NCBI RefSeq assembly: GCF_006345805.1
Contig: NC_043000.1
Coordinates: forward strand, 73,842,001-73,906,000
Length of the DNA stretch: 64,000 nt
Source: Octopus sinensis
Taxonomy: Eukaryota
Direction: 5' to 3'
The stretch's first letter is position 1. Each line of letters opens with the position of its first letter. The notes below the pieces were generated by a model that worked only from the letters and a program-made list of their open reading frames with translations, made no database searches and was not told the origin of the DNA. Below are positions 63,288 through 64,000 of the stretch, one piece after another. Position numbers and translations under genes: made by a program.

Positions 63288-63577
63288 ATCTATAGTCATG
63301 ACTAGTCTTTCGATAGCTCAGTATAATCATCTATTGATGATCACAGTATTACTTTGACAGAACTGGTTGACCCAGCTCATTGATGTGTTTTGGATTTCGG
63401 TGTCCAGCATCTTGTGAACCTTACCATTGACTAGGTTGACAGTTCTTCCACCAAGGCTTCACACCTGTTATGCTGCTCTCCATACAGGTAACCAGAGCCC
63501 TGTTTGCCAAAGTCTCTTTCATCAGACAGTATAGCTTAATGAGGCAATCCCAGACTGTTGCAACTACCACACGAACT

Positions 63578-63625
63578 ATGACATATGTGTGTGTGTGTGT
63601 GTGCACACATGTGCGCACACACACG

Positions 63626-63667
<42 letters not shown>

Positions 63668-63692
63668 GTGTGTGTGTGTGTGTATATATATG

Positions 63693-63739
<47 letters not shown>

Positions 63740-63775
63740 GTGTGTATATATATGTGGGTATGTATATATATATAA
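63578..63775. repeat. (TG)n/(TA)n microsatellite
   Basis: Direct inspection. Confidence 0.95.
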
Positions 63776-63871
63776 TTGGAATTTACAAAAAAATAAACAA
63801 AACAAAAGATGAAGACGGGTGTGTAAACAACAAACAGATGTATTAGTTTAATGCTCAGGAAGTGAGAAAGT

Positions 63872-63907
63872 CTTTTACATTTCAAGCCTACACTCTTCAA
63901 CAGAAAG
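63872..63907 (-). ncRNA. degenerate minimal hammerhead-like motif
   Basis: cttt-CTGTTGA-agagtgtaggctt-GAAA-tgt-a-aaag; three TpG to CpG reversions give a GAGC/GCTC stem II and ACGT stem III; A6 is replaced by U. Confidence 0.4.
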
Positions 63908-64000
63908 GAACACAGAAATAAACAGAGAGAGAAAATGTAAAAAAAGGTTTAGTGGCTAGCAATGTATATACATATGTATATATATATATATGTGTGTGTA

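Larger units (their letters stand above)
57330..63575 (-). mobile_element. second RTE family, interrupted by Tc1-like and hAT elements
   Basis: VLTFNVRTL...LCVQEHR...SAWKN (60160-60360) continues as TINSTIGNVGLLL at 58880; KWTHTSPNGFKAQLDY; DDIPPEVWKT...NYRGVTLT...QNRFRK. 5' limit uncertain. Confidence 0.75.

Overview
AT-rich eukaryotic (animal) DNA dominated by transposons and microsatellites. The repeat landscape (tRNA-head SINEs, RTE and Penelope-like elements, long (TA)n/(TG)n/(GATA)n tracts) suggests an octopus or other cephalopod genome; this is inference. Only one intact host CDS is supported: an intronless 321-aa PAQR-family protein (14741-15706, minus), most similar to PAQR9/membrane progestin receptor epsilon. 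The rest is nested mobile DNA. DNA transposons: two mariners, a Tc1/maT-like element, pogo, a deleted piggyBac, a full-length Buster/SPIN-type hAT with perfect 8-bp TSD, non-autonomous Helitrons and a foldback MITE. Retroelements: several RTE, CR1 and Penelope-like remnants (two hammerhead-like motifs), SINEs and Tx1-clade LINEs. The most unusual structure is a ~9.3 kb head-to-tail array (33265-42543, minus) of four Tx1-like units: two ORF1-only elements, one near-complete ORF1+ORF2 element and one ORF1 fragment. They share a ~50-nt 3' tail and near-identical junctions, and the same tail ends a TSD-flanked SINE at 48095-48308. No rRNA, tRNA gene or CRISPR array was seen. Coordinates of decayed elements are approximate.
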